Part shown: positions 46,801 through 60,261 of the stretch, piece after piece
How the letters are laid out: the number at the start of each line of letters is the position of its first letter
Numbering within the stretch: the first letter of the stretch is position 1
Source: Centroscyllium fabricii
Lineage: Eukaryota
Assembly: GCA_051313645.2 (NCBI GenBank)
Contig: JBNRSN020000014.1
Coordinates: forward strand, 11,098,001 to 11,162,000
Length of the DNA: 64,000 nucleotides
Direction of reading: 5' to 3'
Notes under the pieces: generated by a model
Told to the model about the DNA's origin: nothing
The model's input: the letters and a program-made list of their open reading frames with translations, nothing else
Databases searched by the model: none
Position numbers and translations under genes: made by a program

Positions 46801-47381
46801 TCCACATTGTTACCCGGTCCAGAAAAGCTTACATTTTTAAAATTCTGATCCTTGTGTTTAAATTCTTCCATGGCCTTGTCCATCCCTATCTCTCTAACGT
46901 TCTCCAGCCCTGCAACCCTCTGAGATCTCTGCAACTCTGGCCTCTTGTGCCGCCCCCACTTCCTTCGCCCCACCATTGGTGGCCGTGCCTTCAGCTGCCT
47001 GGGCCCTCCGCTCCGCAATTCCCTCCTTAAACCTCTCCACTTCTTCACCTCTTGCTCCTCCATTTAAGACGTTCCTTAATGTACCACTTCGACCAAGCAT
47101 TTGGTCACCTGTCCTAATGTCTTCTCGTGCAACTCGGTGTCGATTTTGTGTCTGATCACGCTGCTGTGAAGCACCTTTTGGATCTTTTACTACGTTAAAG
47201 ACGCTATATAAATGCAGGTGGTTGTATCTGTACTCCAGTTGGTTGCTGCTTGCTGATGACCTGTCTGTCACGATCCATTTTCTCATTTGTGCACTTCTCA
47301 CGTTATGCTATTGAAACTCTCCTGTCTGTCGTAGCTCCGTGTATAGATTAATGTTGAAATTATAAGTAACACCCTGACTTA

Positions 47382-48125
47382 TTGGCACAGAAATTCGGGT
47401 CGGAGGCTTCCCGCGAGTGCAAGCCTCCAACCCACGCTTACCTACCGCGCCGGCCGTTGAGCTGCGCCCCTGCATGGAATTCCGATGCGGGGCCTTCCTG
47501 AAGTGCCGGCGGGCCGCACTCCCGGCGGCGAAGATAGTGCGAGGGATCGCGCGGGATCACGTGGGCCGCGGAGAGCCAATCGGAGCACCGAATGCTCCAT
47601 TCATAAGTTTGACAGGAAGAGCTGTCCAGCTTATGAATACTACAAGCCCCAAAACATCACTAAATCTTAAAATAAATTTTTTAAAACATTTTTTTAAATA
47701 ACTAGCAATTACATAAATTAGCCAATTTAAACAAAAATTTAAAATTTTGAAAAAAATAATGAAAGTATTTAACGGGGCTAAAAATCAACTTGCCTTTCTT
47801 TAAAGTATTTAAAAATGAAAAACCTGTGGAAATTGTTTTTTAAATTGAATTAATTCACCACTTACCTACTGAAAAGGGGTTTTTGCGCTTGTAAATAGGA
47901 GCCGTATCTTTCTCCAATACTTAGCCGGATAAAACGCTGTGAAAAAAATCGCAAGTGTATTGCGCTGCCGCGCACGTGTTCCGATCCCTGACCCTTTCTT
48001 TCAGGGGATCGGAAGTGCCGGTTTCGTGTGCATGCGCGGCGCATGCTGGAAACCAGCACTTCCGATGGGCCCACGGGTGAGTACCCAGCGCGTACTCGCC
48101 CGGGGCCATCAGAGGTTCTGGGCCA
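47382..48125. mobile_element. Non-autonomous DNA transposon with ggcccagaa-type TIRs and AT-rich core
   Basis: tggcacagaaatt..ttctgggcca; paralogues at 55821-56962 and 58338-59188 (inverted). Confidence 0.7.
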
Positions 48126-48336
48126 ATGACTACAGTAACTGGCTATCGGCGATAAAGTGGAGCCGGAGTAAAACAAAATCTGCAATAGATTTTTAATAAG
48201 TTAGATGCAATTGTTTTTCTGCTGTTTGAAATGTCTTGTGTGATATTTTCGGGGAAGTCTTGTGATATGCTAACAGATCCACAGACACAGATTGGACATT
48301 CTATAAACACTGATGTTTTCTGCTTCTGTCCTTCAG

Positions 48337-48445
48337 AGTGTATTTAATATAAAAACAGAGTCAACCAAGGCTGAAACAGAGGAAGATAAAGAAAAGAAGC
48401 ACAAGACCTTTGTGGAAAAATATGAGAAACAGATTAAGCACTTCG
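48337..48445 (+). CDS. CDC37: CDC37 exon 3
   Basis: SVFNIK..KHKTFVEKYEKQIKHF(G); cag/..g/gtaag; 109 nt. Confidence 0.96.
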
Positions 48446-48843
48446 GTAAGAGGAAGTAACTTCTGAGTAGCCGGTCACAGTGACTTGGCTGCATTTTCCA
48501 TCAGCTTTCTAAATACCATTTCCTGTCTGGTATACAGTCTGAAAGCAGGCACTGCAGCAATATGTGTGCTACAACAGACACCGTTCGTACTGGATAGGCA
48601 TTGTGTGTGCATCTGAGATTCCACGTCGATGGGCTGCAGCCTGGCCTGCTGTTGGCTGTCTCTTCTATTGTGGGGCCTCCGTTTGCAACACGCAGTGTAC
48701 AGGAGCGGATACTGAACCTGTCCAGACAAGTCAGACCCAGGAATGAGTGGATTATTCATTTGACTCTGATTGCATTACGTATCCTTGGTGCTTCCCCTTT
48801 CGTTTCAAATCTCACCTGGTTTTCTCATCATTTTCCTTTTGTG

Positions 48844-49333
48844 CAGGTACACAATCGCTTATCCGCAACTCCAAAAACTGAAGTTTTTCTTAAAATAAAT
48901 TGAAGCTGCAGCAGAAAAAACACGTTCCTATCCCGATCTCGTGCTGTTGATGCCGTGCTGAGGAAAAACAACGGCCGATCTCCCCCCTGCAAATGGCCGA
49001 TCTCCCCCCTGCAAATGGCCGATCTCTCCCCCTGCAAACGGCCGATCTCTCCCCCTGCAAACGGCCGATCTCTCCCCCTGCAAACGGCCGATCTCCCCCC
49101 TGCAAACGGCCGATCTCCCCCCTGCAAACGGCCGATCTCCCCCCTGCAAACGGCAGATCTCCCCCTGCAAACGGCCGATCATATGCCGTTCCCCGACTGC
49201 AAGTTGGGCTGCAAACATGGGAATGCGCATGCAATCTGCGCATGCGCACTGGGGCCAACTGTAAAAACCGTATTTATCCGAAAACCGAGACCCGCCCGGG
49301 CCCGAATTTTTCGGATAAAGGGTTGTGTACCTG
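48844..49333. mobile_element. MITE (caggtacacaa..ttgtgtacctg) with ~23-bp minisatellite at 48970-49180
   Basis: TIRs with ttatccg/cggataa; unit acggccgatctcccccctgcaa. Confidence 0.75.
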
Positions 49334-49546
49334 TATTTAGCTTGGGGCTTGGCACCAGTTACTGAATTCACCCAGTCAGCTAAACTTCCTCTCACTATTA
49401 CTGCCGAACATGAGTAATATTTTGCGCTGTTTCCAACATAAAAGTCGGCTACAGGTAATCCCGCACCCTCGGGACCAGGCCGGTGCCGGACCATTATTCA
49501 TCGTGCCGTAGAGCCCCAATCCATTTTGGCCTTTGTTTTCTTTGTA

Positions 49547-50256
49547 CAGGTTGTGCACCGTTAATCCGTTACCCGATAAGCCGGCAGCTTCAATCTTCCA
49601 GAACAAATTGCCCCGACTGTCCTGCGCATGCGCAAAATGGCCGCCCCGATCGATGCTTAGGCGAATGTTCTGCGCATGCGCCGCCGAACGCATGCACAGA
49701 TCATTCAAAACGGCCGCCGGAAGAGAAGTGGTGCCTGTGCTCCCAGAATGCTGCGGGTGAGGAAGGTGGCGCTGAGTGGCCGGCGGTGCGGACACGGAGC
49801 GGCTTCCTTGTAAAAGCTGGGCTGAAACCGGTGGGAGAGTAATGCGAGTGTGAAATGTATCCCGTGCCGACATTGTGGATGAACAGGCCTGCTCCCTCTA
49901 CGTGCGCGAGGAGTGAGAAGCTCCGCGGGTGCAGCTATCACATCCATAAACATTCCCCCCCAAAATTTAAAATCTATCTCCCCATCCGGCTTCTCTAGTT
50001 TTGAAAAAAGGTCATCGACCTGAAACGTCAACTCTGCTCCTCTCTCCACCGATGCTGCCTGGCCTGCTGAGTTTCTCCAGCGTTTTTCTGTTGCTATTTA
50101 ACATTTCTTTAGGACTCTTCAAAACTTCGGCGGCCATTTCCAATGTTTTGCGCATGTGTGTGGCCATTTTGAATGGTGCGCGCTGGCCGGCTTCATTCTC
50201 CCGTTTTTTTTTTTCGTATTAGTCGCGCCCGTGCCGAATTAACGGTGCACAACCTG
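49547..50256. mobile_element. Tc1/mariner-type MITE with an internal PLE-like insert (~49990-50095)
   Basis: TA-caggttgtgcaccgttaat..attaacggtgcacaacctg-TA. Confidence 0.8.
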
Positions 50257-50586
50257 TAATGTATATTCAGGTGCCACATGTACTTTACTGGCCAGTTTTA
50301 TAATGTGTGCATGGAATCAACTTGCACAGCAAGAGCATCAGGTGCCAACTAGGCAATGGGGATTGTGAATCTGGGCATCGATGATTCTGTCTTGTGTCCT
50401 CTCCCCATCAGAGGTGTGGATGTTCCGTTTAACTGTGATGCCCCTTTACAAAACCCAGTGTGCAGGTTCTTGCATGAATAGTGGCAAATTGGGTCGAGGT
50501 ACTGCCGAGGCCTGTGGAACTGAAACTTGGCCAGGGTCAGAGGAGGGTGGGAAAAACAAATAACTTCTTTGCAATTTTGCACACAG

Positions 50587-50702
50587 GCATGCTAAATCGC
50601 TGGGACGATAGCCAGAAATACCTGTCCGATAATCCGCACCTCGTGTGTGAGGAGACAGCCAACTACCTGGTCATCTGGTGCATCGACTTAGAAGTTGAAG
50701 AG
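50587..50702 (+). CDS. CDC37: CDC37 exon 4
   Basis: GMLNRWDDSQKYLSDNPHLVCEETANYLVIWCIDLEVEE; 116 nt; AG/GT. Confidence 0.97.
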
Positions 50703-50979
50703 GTACAGTGGGCCACACTGCTGTTTTGACTTTACGCGTTTGCCACTTAATGGTGCGATATTCACCATATAATTCTAAGTAATACGCCTTTTTTAACCAG
50801 TGTGAAGGTGAAGTTTGTGTATTTCTGCTTCTGGCAGTGTTGTTCCACACTGATGCATGTGGAGTGCACCCTGTATAGTGGGGAGTCTGTTCCCGACTGA
50901 GCGGTTTATCACTGCAGACAACTGGCGGAGCCCTGGAAGAAGGTTGGGCCGATATCCAAGGCATGGTTTCCGATTTAGG

Positions 50980-52135
50980 CAGTCAAGACCATTCGGCTCC
51001 TGACCTCACTGCAGCCTTGGTCCAAACATGGACAAAGGAGCTGAATTCCAGAGGCGAGGTGAGAGTGACTGCCCTTGACATCAAGGCAGCATTTGACCGA
51101 GTGGCATCAAGGAGCCTTAGTAAAACTGAAGTCAATGGGAATCGGGAGGAACTGGCTGGAGTCATACCTAGCACAAAGGAAGATGGTTGTGGTGATTGAA
51201 GGTCAATCATCACAGCCCCAGGACATCACTGCAGGAGTTCCTCAGGGTAGTGTCCGAGAGCCAACCATCTTCAGCTGCTTCATCAATGACCTTCCCTCCA
51301 ACATAAGGTCAGAAATGAAGATGTCCGCTGATGACTGCAGTGTTCAGCGTTATTCACAACTCCTCAGATAATGAAGCAGTCCATGACCGTATGCAACAAG
51401 ACCTGGATAACGTTCAGGCTTGGGCTGATAAGTGCCAGACAATGACTATCTCCAACAAGTGAGTGTCTAATCACCTCCCCTTGACATTCAGTGGCATTAC
51501 CATCGCTGAATCTCCCACCATCAACATCCTGGGGGTCACCATTGACCAGAAACGTAACTGGACCAAGCATTCTGTGGCGAGTGTCTCACCTCCTGACTCC
51601 CCAAAGCCTTTCCACCATCTCCAAGGCACAAGTCAGGAGTGTGATGGAATACTCTCCACTGGATGAGTGCAGCTCCAACAACACTCAAGCTTGACAGCAT
51701 CCAGGACAAAGCAGCCCGAATGATTGGCACCCCATCCACCACCTTAAATATCCACTCCACCACCGGCGTACCGTGGCTGCAGTGTGTACCATCTACAAGA
51801 TGCACTGCAGCAACTCGTCAAGGCTTCTTCGGCAGCACCTCCCAAACCCGTGACCTCTTCCACCTAGAAGGACAAGGGCAGCAGGCATGGGAAAACCACC
51901 TCCTGCAAGTTCCCCTCCAAGTCACACACCATCCTGACTTAGAAGTTTATCGCCATTCCTTCATCGTCACTGGATCAAAATCCTGAAACTCCCTCCCTAA
52001 CAGCACTGTGGGAGCACCTTCACCACACGGACTGCAGCGGTCCAAGAAGGCGGCTCACCACAACCTTCTCGAGGGCGATTAGGGATGGGCAATAAATGCT
52101 GGCCTTGCCAGCGATGCCCATAAACGAATAAAAAG
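50980..52135 (+). mobile_element. Degenerate CR1/L2-group LINE 3' part (RT domain)
   Basis: ALDIKAAFDRV..GVPQGSV..FINDL..SADD. Confidence 0.85.
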
Positions 52136-52284
52136 TGTTGAGAATGAAATGGGAATCCAGCAAGGGTGGAAACACACTTGGGGTGTCATACAGACAGTAG
52201 GGGTACAGTCAGTTCTCATCTGGAGAGAGTGATTGCCTTCAGTTTGTAATATGTTAAAACAATGTTTATGGGTTCCCCCTGCAG

Positions 52285-52407
52285 AAGCATGCGCTGATGG
52301 AGCAGGTAGCCCACCAGACAATCGTGATGCAGTTTATCCTGGAACTTGCCAAGAGTCTGAAGGTGGACCCCAGAGCTTGTTTCCGACAGTTCTTCTCCAA
52401 AATCAAG
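52285..52407 (+). CDS. CDC37: CDC37 exon 5
   Basis: KHALMEQVAHQTIVMQFILELAKSLKVDPRACFRQFFSKIK; 123 nt. Confidence 0.97.
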
Positions 52408-52726
52408 GTACAGAAATGGCTGGCAGTCAGTTTAATTTCAAGCAATTCGGAGTCTGCTGCACCTGTTATTTTAAGTTTGGCCCCCTGTGAAATATTAATT
52501 CATATTTGCTCTCGTGATCCAGCGCACTATTAACTGTGTATTGACCAGTGATGAGTATTAACATTAGTTCAGCCAACTCAATTATTCAACCAACAGAGCT
52601 GTGGTTAAATAACTGACTTAACCAGAAGATTTTTAGTTCTCCTTTATTACTTACAAGTTTACTTTTTGTTAACCATTAATGTAAACCTTGTGGTTTAATT
52701 TCCTTTCTGCCATTCTTGACACACGG

Positions 52727-54668
52727 CAGGATGCTACAAAAAAATTTTTTTTCGTTTGCCCAGTCGGGCAAGTGGATTTCTAAAACACTTGCCCGAACAC
52801 AAATTTCACTTGCCTGAAATTTTAAAAGAAAATAATAAAGATTTTACATTTTTATTAAAATGCTTCAATATAAAGCCATAGATTGTGATTGTGCCTTTTG
52901 TTGCATTGGCCCGGTTTCTACCCCTCTCTTAGAAACATAGAAGATAGGAGCAGGAGTAGGCCATTCGGCCCTGCTCCGCCATTCAATGAGACCATGGCTG
53001 ATCATCCAAACCCAGCACCCTGTCCCTGCCTTGTCCCCATATCCCTCGATCCCTATCGAGCCTGCACCGACACATATCCCACCCTATCCCCGTAACCCCA
53101 CATATTCAATCCCCCTGACACTAAGGGTCAATTTATCCTGGCCAATCAACCTAACCCGCACATCTTTGGACTGTGGGAGGAAACCGGAGCACCCGGAGGA
53201 AACCCACGCAGATACGGGGAGAATGTGCAATCTCCACACAGATAGTACCCGAGGCCAGATTTGAACCCGGGTCTCCAGTGCTGTGAGGCAAGTGCTAACC
53301 ACTATGCCACCGTGTCGCCCTCTTACAGGGTCGGTCTCTCTCTACTCTGAACATTCTTCCCTCATTTACCAAACTTTCTGTGAAGCCGCCGCGGGCTCCC
53401 TCACTCTCTCTCCCCGCCTACCTTCGTCCAGCAGCCGCTCCAGTTTTTTCTCTCCCTCTCAGCGGGTCGGCGGCACCGACCCACTCCTGCCACGCGCCAC
53501 CAGCCTGCTCCACCTAACCTGACTGCTGCCCCGTCCCCTGATTGACAAACCGCCTCCTCCAATCCCCGCCATGCCGCCCGGCCCCGCCGGCCAATCCGCA
53601 CCCGCCTCCAGGGCGGGATCCACCCACCTGTGCCCATGGCCTCGATCATCGAGCGGGCAAGCGGTTTTATCGTGCCCTGGATTCGGTCTGTGGGTGTCAG
53701 CGTCCCTGGATTCGGTCTCTGGGTGTCAACGTCCCTGGATTCGGTCTCTGGGGGTCAGCGTCCCTGGATTCGGTGTCTGGGTGTCCGTGTCCCTGGATTC
53801 GGTCTCTGTGTGCCAATGGCCCTGGATTCAGTCTCTGGGTGTCAGCGTCCCTGGATTCGTTCTCTGGGGGTCAGCGTCCCTGGATTCGGTCTCTGGGTGT
53901 CCGTGTCCCTCGATGCCAGTGTCCCTGGATTTGGTCTCTGGGTGTCAGTGTCCCTGGATTCAGTCTCTGGGTGTCAGTGTCTCTTCATTCGGCCTCTGGG
54001 TGCCAGTGTCCCTGGATTCAGTCTCTGGGTGCCAGTGTCCCTGGATTCGGTCTCTGGGTGCCAGTGTCCCTGAATTCCGCAGGCGGGCGACCTGTACCCC
54101 TAATGGGAGGTGCATCAGAGCTCTGTCAGACTACTGACAAGCACCACTCCCCAGGACACACACTGGAAAAGCTGCCATGCCGCTCGCACTGCGCCCACGT
54201 GAGACGGGCTGCCCCGCCAATCAACTGCCAAGGAGGTGGGGCTTGAGCGTGGCTCGGTAAGTTCAAAGGTTCCCCTCTGCCGCGGACGCAGTGAAGTGAG
54301 TTGGGAAACGCCGCCTCACTTCACTGCTGGTTCGAGCTGCTACGAGACGTGGAGGAGTTGTCGCGGCGGCCGGACGGAACGAGCTATGATTGGCCGAGTG
54401 CGGGCAGGGGGCGGGACGCAGGGCGCAGCGCGAGAAAACTGCCGGGCTGTGATTGGCCGAGCTCGGGCGGGGCAGAGTTGAAAACCCACCGGTCGAGGCG
54501 CACACGGGGCCCCCCCCCCAGGGCCAATCTGCACCCGCCTCCAGGGCGGGATCTACCCACCCGTTCCCATGGCCTCGATCACTTGCCCGGTTGGGCAAGT
54601 AAGATTTTCATTTACTTGCCCGGCGGCACATTTTACTTGCCCCGGGCCAGCGGTTTTGTAGCGCCCTG
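52727..54668. mobile_element. Non-autonomous DNA transposon (cagg-gctacaaaa TIR, 5-bp TSD cacgg) carrying an HE1 SINE (52931-53318) and a 29-bp minisatellite
   Basis: caggatgctacaaaa / ttttgtagcgccctg; subterminal ttgccc/gggcaa repeats. Confidence 0.7.
53672..54072. repeat. 29-bp minisatellite gtccctggattcggtctctgggtgtcagc, about 13 copies
   Basis: Direct tandem units. Confidence 0.92.
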
Positions 54669-55820
54669 CACGGGTTAATGGATTTGTTAAATTTCTGCCT
54701 GTGCTGCTCTTAACGGATTCATCAGCTTGTTTGAAAAAGGGCCAACACCTGTGGTTCAATTCTTCGCCAGCGCCTCCCAAACCCACGACTTCTACCACCT
54801 TGAAGGACAAGAGCAGCAGGCACATGGCCGCACCACCACCATCAAACTCCCCTCTGAGTCTCACGCCATCCTGACTTGGAAATATCAAATTCAAATTTTA
54901 TTTGTCACATGTACCAAAATATGACGAGTGCAATCTAGACACCGATATTGCCGTTCCTTCATCGTCACTGGATCAAAACAAAATCCTGGAACTCCCTCCC
55001 GAACAGCACTGTGGGGATACCTTCACCACACGGACTGCAGTGGTTCAAAGGGCAGCTCACCACCTCAATTAGGGATGGGCAATAAATGCTGGCCTTGCCC
55101 ACATCCCGTGAACAAATTTAAAAAAAGGAGTAGACTATGCAAACATGTTAACCACGCGGTGAAAATTAAACTCTGTTCACATAGTTGACCAAAGAAATTA
55201 TTGCTCCCAAGGTGACTCAGTCAGGAGATAGACAACCTAGTGTGGAACTGGGATTGCAGCACAGGAAGGGTCTCGAGGTAACTCTCCAATCTGCTGAGTT
55301 GATGGATTTCCTTTGGGGCAGCAGTGGAGTGCTCTGTGCCCCAAGGCTAAGTTGGGAAAAAAATCAAGTCCGCAATCCTGCTTCTAATTAGTATAGAAAT
55401 AGGAGGAGGCCATTTGGCCCCCTCGAGCCTGTTTCGCCTATTTAATCCGATCGTGGCTGATCTGTACCTCCACTGCATTTACCTGCCGTTAATGCATATC
55501 CCATAATACCCTTAACCAACAAAAATCTGTTGACCTCCGTTTTGAAAATTTCAACTGACCCAACATCCTTCTTTGGAGAAAGTTTCAGCTTTCATTACCT
55601 TTAGTGTGAAGAAGTGCTTTCTGATTCACCGAATGGCCAAGCTCGAATTTTAAGGTTGTATCCACTTGTTGTGCATTCCCCCACTAGCGAGAATAGTTGC
55701 TCTGTATCTACCCTATCGAATGCTTTTGCCATTTTAAACACTGCGATTAGGTCGCCCTTCAACATTCTAAACCAAGGGAGTATAAGCCAAGTTTATGCAA
55801 CCTACCGCCTCCAAAGCTAA

Positions 55821-56962
55821 TGGCCCAGAAATTCGGGTCAGAGGCTTCCCGCGTGTGCAAACCTCCAACCTGCACTTAGCTTGCGCGCGGCCGTTGAGCT
55901 GTGGGCCTGCGTGGAATTCCGATGCGGGGCCCTCCTCAACTGCCGGCGCGCTGTGCTCGCGTATCCCAGCAGCGCAGTTAGTGCGAGGGATCACGTGGGC
56001 CACGGAGAGCCAATCGGAGCACAGAATGCTCCATTCATAAGTTTGACAGGAAGACCTGTCGAAAGTATGAAAACTGCAAGCCCCACGGTGGCATAGTGGT
56101 TAGCACTGTTGCCTCACAGCACCAGAGACCCAGGTTCAAATCCGGACTCGGGTGACTATCTGTGTGGAGTTTGCACATTCTCCCCGTGTCTGCGTGGGTT
56201 TCCTCCGGGTGCTCCGGTTTCCTCCCACAGTCCAAAGATGTGCGGGTTAGGTTGATTGGCCAGGATAAATTGACCCTTAGTGTTAGGGGGATTGAATATG
56301 TGGGGCTACGGGGACAGGGTGGGATATGTGTCGGTGCAGGCTCGATAGGGATCGAGGGATATGGGGTCAAGGTAGGGACGGGGTACTGGGTTTGGATGAT
56401 CAGCCATGATCTCATTGAATGGAGGAGCAGGCTCGAGGGGCCGAATGGCCTACTCCTGCTCCTATCTTCTATGTTTCTATCACTAAATCTTCAAATAAAT
56501 TTTTGAAAAAACACCGCATTTTTAAAAATCACTATCAATTACTTAAATAACTATTTTAAACAATAATTTAAATTTTTGAAAAAATTAATTACAGTTTTGA
56601 ACGGGGCTAAAAATAAACATACCTTTCTTTGAAGTATTTAAAAATAAAAAACCTGTGGGGGAAAAAATGTTTTAAATTGAATTAATTCACCACATACCTT
56701 CTGAAAACCATTAAAGAAGCTGTCGTAACTTTTTCCATACTTACCCGCACACAGAACCTGTTTAAAAAAATAAATAAATCAGAAGTCCATTGCGCTCTCG
56801 CTCCCGCGCACGCGTTCCGACCCCTGACCCCTTCTGTCAGAGGATCGGAAGTGCCGGTTTCGCACGCATGCGCAGTGCATGCACGGAACCGCCACTTTGG
56901 ATGGGCCTACGGGTGAGCACCCAGCGCGTACTCGCCCGCTGGAACCTGAACTTCTGGGCCAT
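55821..56962. mobile_element. ggcccagaa-TIR DNA element with inserted HE1 SINE (56083-56479)
   Basis: Paralogous to 47382-48125. Confidence 0.72.
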
Positions 56963-57399
56963 TATATCCTTCCTGATGTGCGGCGCCCAAAGTTGAACGC
57001 AGCACTCCAGATGGGGTCTGGCCAAGGCTGCATCCAACTGAAGCAAAACTTCCTCCTCTTGTTATTCCAATCCCCTTGCCATGAAGGCCAGCATCCCATG
57101 AGCCCTTTGATGACGTTTTGTATCTGTGCACTCGTGTTTAGTGATTTGCAAACTGTTACACAATGTGACTGTGATGAGGACAGAATTGGGCTTGGTTGTG
57201 CTGTCCATTCTCTGGTTGAGTAGCCTGCTGACACTCGCTGTCTAGCTGCGAGATGAAGAATGTCTGCTTTGGTGAGAGCCTGTGGAACCTGACCCGGCCT
57301 AAGTTGGCGCATTGAGCGGGCCGGCTGTGTTCCAAAATCATGGTATTGAAGCTGTGACATTGACTTGAGCTGTTTTTTAAACTTCTTCCCTATCTCCAG

Positions 57400-57582
57400 A
57401 CAGCAGATAAACAATACATTGAGGCGTTTAATGATGAGCTTGAAGCATTTAAGGAGAGGGTGAAAGGTCGTGCTCAGGCAAGGATAGAAAAGGCAATGAA
57501 GGACTATGAAGAGGAGGAACGTCAGAAGCGGATGGGGCCTGGTGGGCTCGACCCTGTGGAGGTGTATGAAAACCTTCCAACA
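57400..57582 (+). CDS. CDC37: CDC37 exon 6
   Basis: TADKQYIEAFNDELEAFKERVKGRAQARIEKA..KRMGPGGLDPVEVYENLPT; 183 nt. Confidence 0.97.
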
Positions 57583-58337
57583 GTGAGTACATTATTTTGC
57601 AATCATAGCAAAAACTGCTACAAAAGGCATTAATACTCCGGATGCTGAAAATCTGAAATTTTACCCACAATGATCTCTTTGAGCTGCGCAATCGTGCAGC
57701 GCTCCAGGGATCCCACGCAGCTGGCTTGCGGCCATTTCAATGCACAGTGTGCGCGCGGTATTTGGAATGGGCCACGGTATTTTGGCGCAGTGCCAAAAAA
57801 AACTGACCGGGAACACTGCTCAGCAGATGAGGCATCATAAGAACATAAGAAATAGGAGCAGGAGTAGGCCAATCGGCCCCTCGAGCCTGCTCCGCCATTT
57901 AACAAGATCATGGCCGATCTGATCCTAACCTCAATTTTATTTTTACTCTCCATCCCGCCCGAACCCATGTGATCACCCGGGAGAGGCGAAAAACCAGATA
58001 AAAAACCCAGTGGCCAATTTGGGAGAAAAAATCTGGGAAATTCCTCTCCGACCCATCTAGGCGATCGAAAACTGGTCCAGGAGATCACATGGCCGATCTG
58101 AACCTAGCCTCACGTCCACTTACCTGCCCGCTCACCATAACCCCTAATTCCCTTTACTTCCAGGAAACTGTTTATCTCTGTTTTAAATGTATTCAATGTA
58201 GTATTCATCTGTGGAGAGAGAAACAAGAGAAACGTTTCGGGTCCGTTTTGACGAAGGGTCCCAGACCTGAGACATTAACTCTGTCTCCACAGATGCTGCC
58301 TGACCACCTGAGTATTTACAGCTTTCTGTGTTTGCAT

Positions 58338-59188
58338 TGGCCCAGAAATTGGGGTCTCCGCGGGTGAGTATGCATGGGGTACTCCCCGTAGGCCCCACGA
58401 AAGTGCCAGTATTGTGCATGCACTGCGCATGCGCGGGAAACCGGCACTTCTGTTCCCCCCCTGAACTCGGGGAGCGGCAGTGCGTGCGCATTGCACTCAC
58501 GGGTTTTTATTTACAGGTTTTTCTGTCCGGTTAAGTCTGAAGATTTTACACTTTTAAACAGCAGGCGCAAGGCCTGCTTTTAGCAAGGTAAGTGGTGAAT
58601 TAATTAAAATTAAAACATTTTTTCCACAGGTTTATTATTTTAAAATACTTTTAAAGAAAGCTAAGTTTACTTTTAGCCCCGTTAGAAAATATAATTAATT
58701 TTTTCAAAAATATAAATTAGTTTAAAATAAAAGTTATTTCATGTAATTTATAGTTATTTTAAAAATGTGATTTAAAAAAAAAATTTTATTTGAAGTTTTA
58801 GTGATGTTTTGGGGGTTATAGTATTTTTGGTTTGACATTTCCTGTCAAACTTATGAATGGAGCATCCTCTGCTCCGATTGGCTCTCCATGGCCCACGTGA
58901 TCTCAGGGGACGCATCGCACTAACTGCGCCGCTGGGACACGCAAGCACAATGAGCCGGCAGTTGCAGCGGCTTTGCTGGACTCTTGGGAGCTTGCAAGAT
59001 CACATTTCGTTGTTCATGTACTTGTACATTGTATAATGACAAATTTGAATTATTATTATTATTATTATTATTAGCAGGCCCAGGATCGGAATTCCACGTG
59101 GGCCAGCAGCTCAACGGCCGGCCCGCTGGGTAGGTGCAGGTTGGAGGCTTGCACCCGCGGGAAGCCTCCGACCCGAATTTCTGGGCCA
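58338..59188. mobile_element. ggcccagaa-TIR DNA element, opposite orientation
   Basis: Reverse-complement paralogue of 47382-48125. Confidence 0.72.
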
Positions 59189-59393
59189 TTATATTTTAAA
59201 AACTGCATTTGACTTATTCAGTTACCTTAAATCAATGATGCTGCTCGAGCCTCAACTGGCAGTGATTGAATGATCCCCAAAGTTACTCTGCATCCAGTAA
59301 ATATTGACCGTTTATGGGAGAGTTTCCTCTTTCGTTGTGATGCTTCTAAAACTTTAGAAAGCTGCTCATCATTTTTCTAACATGTCTTTGCAG

Positions 59394-59465
59394 GAGATGA
59401 AAAATTGCTTTGATGCAAAAGATATTCAGTTGCTGCAAGATGTTATCAGCAAAATCGATCCAACA
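59394..59465 (+). CDS. CDC37: CDC37 exon 7
   Basis: EMKNCFDAKDIQLLQDVISKIDPT; 72 nt; AG/GT. Confidence 0.95.
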
Positions 59466-60261
59466 GTGAGTATATCCTGCTGCTAAAGCACTCTCCTTCG
59501 CTTCCAGCTTCACCTGATGGCTAATTCTGTGCTCGTGATGCTTTTTCTTGGGGTGCTGGTTCACTCTCACTTCCCACGCCTCTTGCTCTTGACTGTTGGA
59601 GGCATGGTGTAGTTTTGGCACCACTTTTCCAAATCTCCCGGAAATTGGTTGTCGAATATCAGAGTATATTGAAATGGCTGAGTAACTGTGTGTCTGTGAG
59701 GGACGGGGGGGGGGAGAGAAGTGGATTTCAGAGAGGAAAGAAAAAGAATTTGAGATGACGGTGCTCTGTGGAAGTTGGGTCGCAGTGCCAACCCTTGCCC
59801 TTCGCGTGCTGAGTTCCTGACCTCGGCCTGGTCATGGACCGAGGAACAGGTTGGTCACCTGCTGCTTTAGTGTATGGTATGGGAAGACTTCAGAAAGAGG
59901 AGCGTTAAATGAGCACGATATCGCAGTTAAAAGATGTGAAACACTAATTTTGGATTGATGAGGGTTCTGAATTGGAACACGTGGTTTATAAAAATCGCAA
60001 TGCAGCACTCCCTCAACGAGCGTCGGCCTCGATTGTGTGCTCAAGTCCTGAAATAGGATTTGGACCCACAGTCTTCTGACTCAAGGGGATCGTGCCACCA
60101 ACTGAAGCAAGTGGTCACTTGAGATTTGGTGCTGTGTCCCTGGCTTCTGCTCAGTGTCCATTTACCCCCAGCTGAAAGCAGGGCATGTCTGGATATTGGA
60201 TGAAGCTCAGGCTTGCTTGTTGTGTCCTTGATGGTCATCGAGCCAAATGATACTTCACACA

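Noticed and set aside
48828-49494. Overlapping repetitive ORFs
   Set aside because: Products of the ~23-bp minisatellite inside a MITE
53542-54246. Cys/Trp-rich ORFs in three frames
   Set aside because: Products of the 29-bp minisatellite
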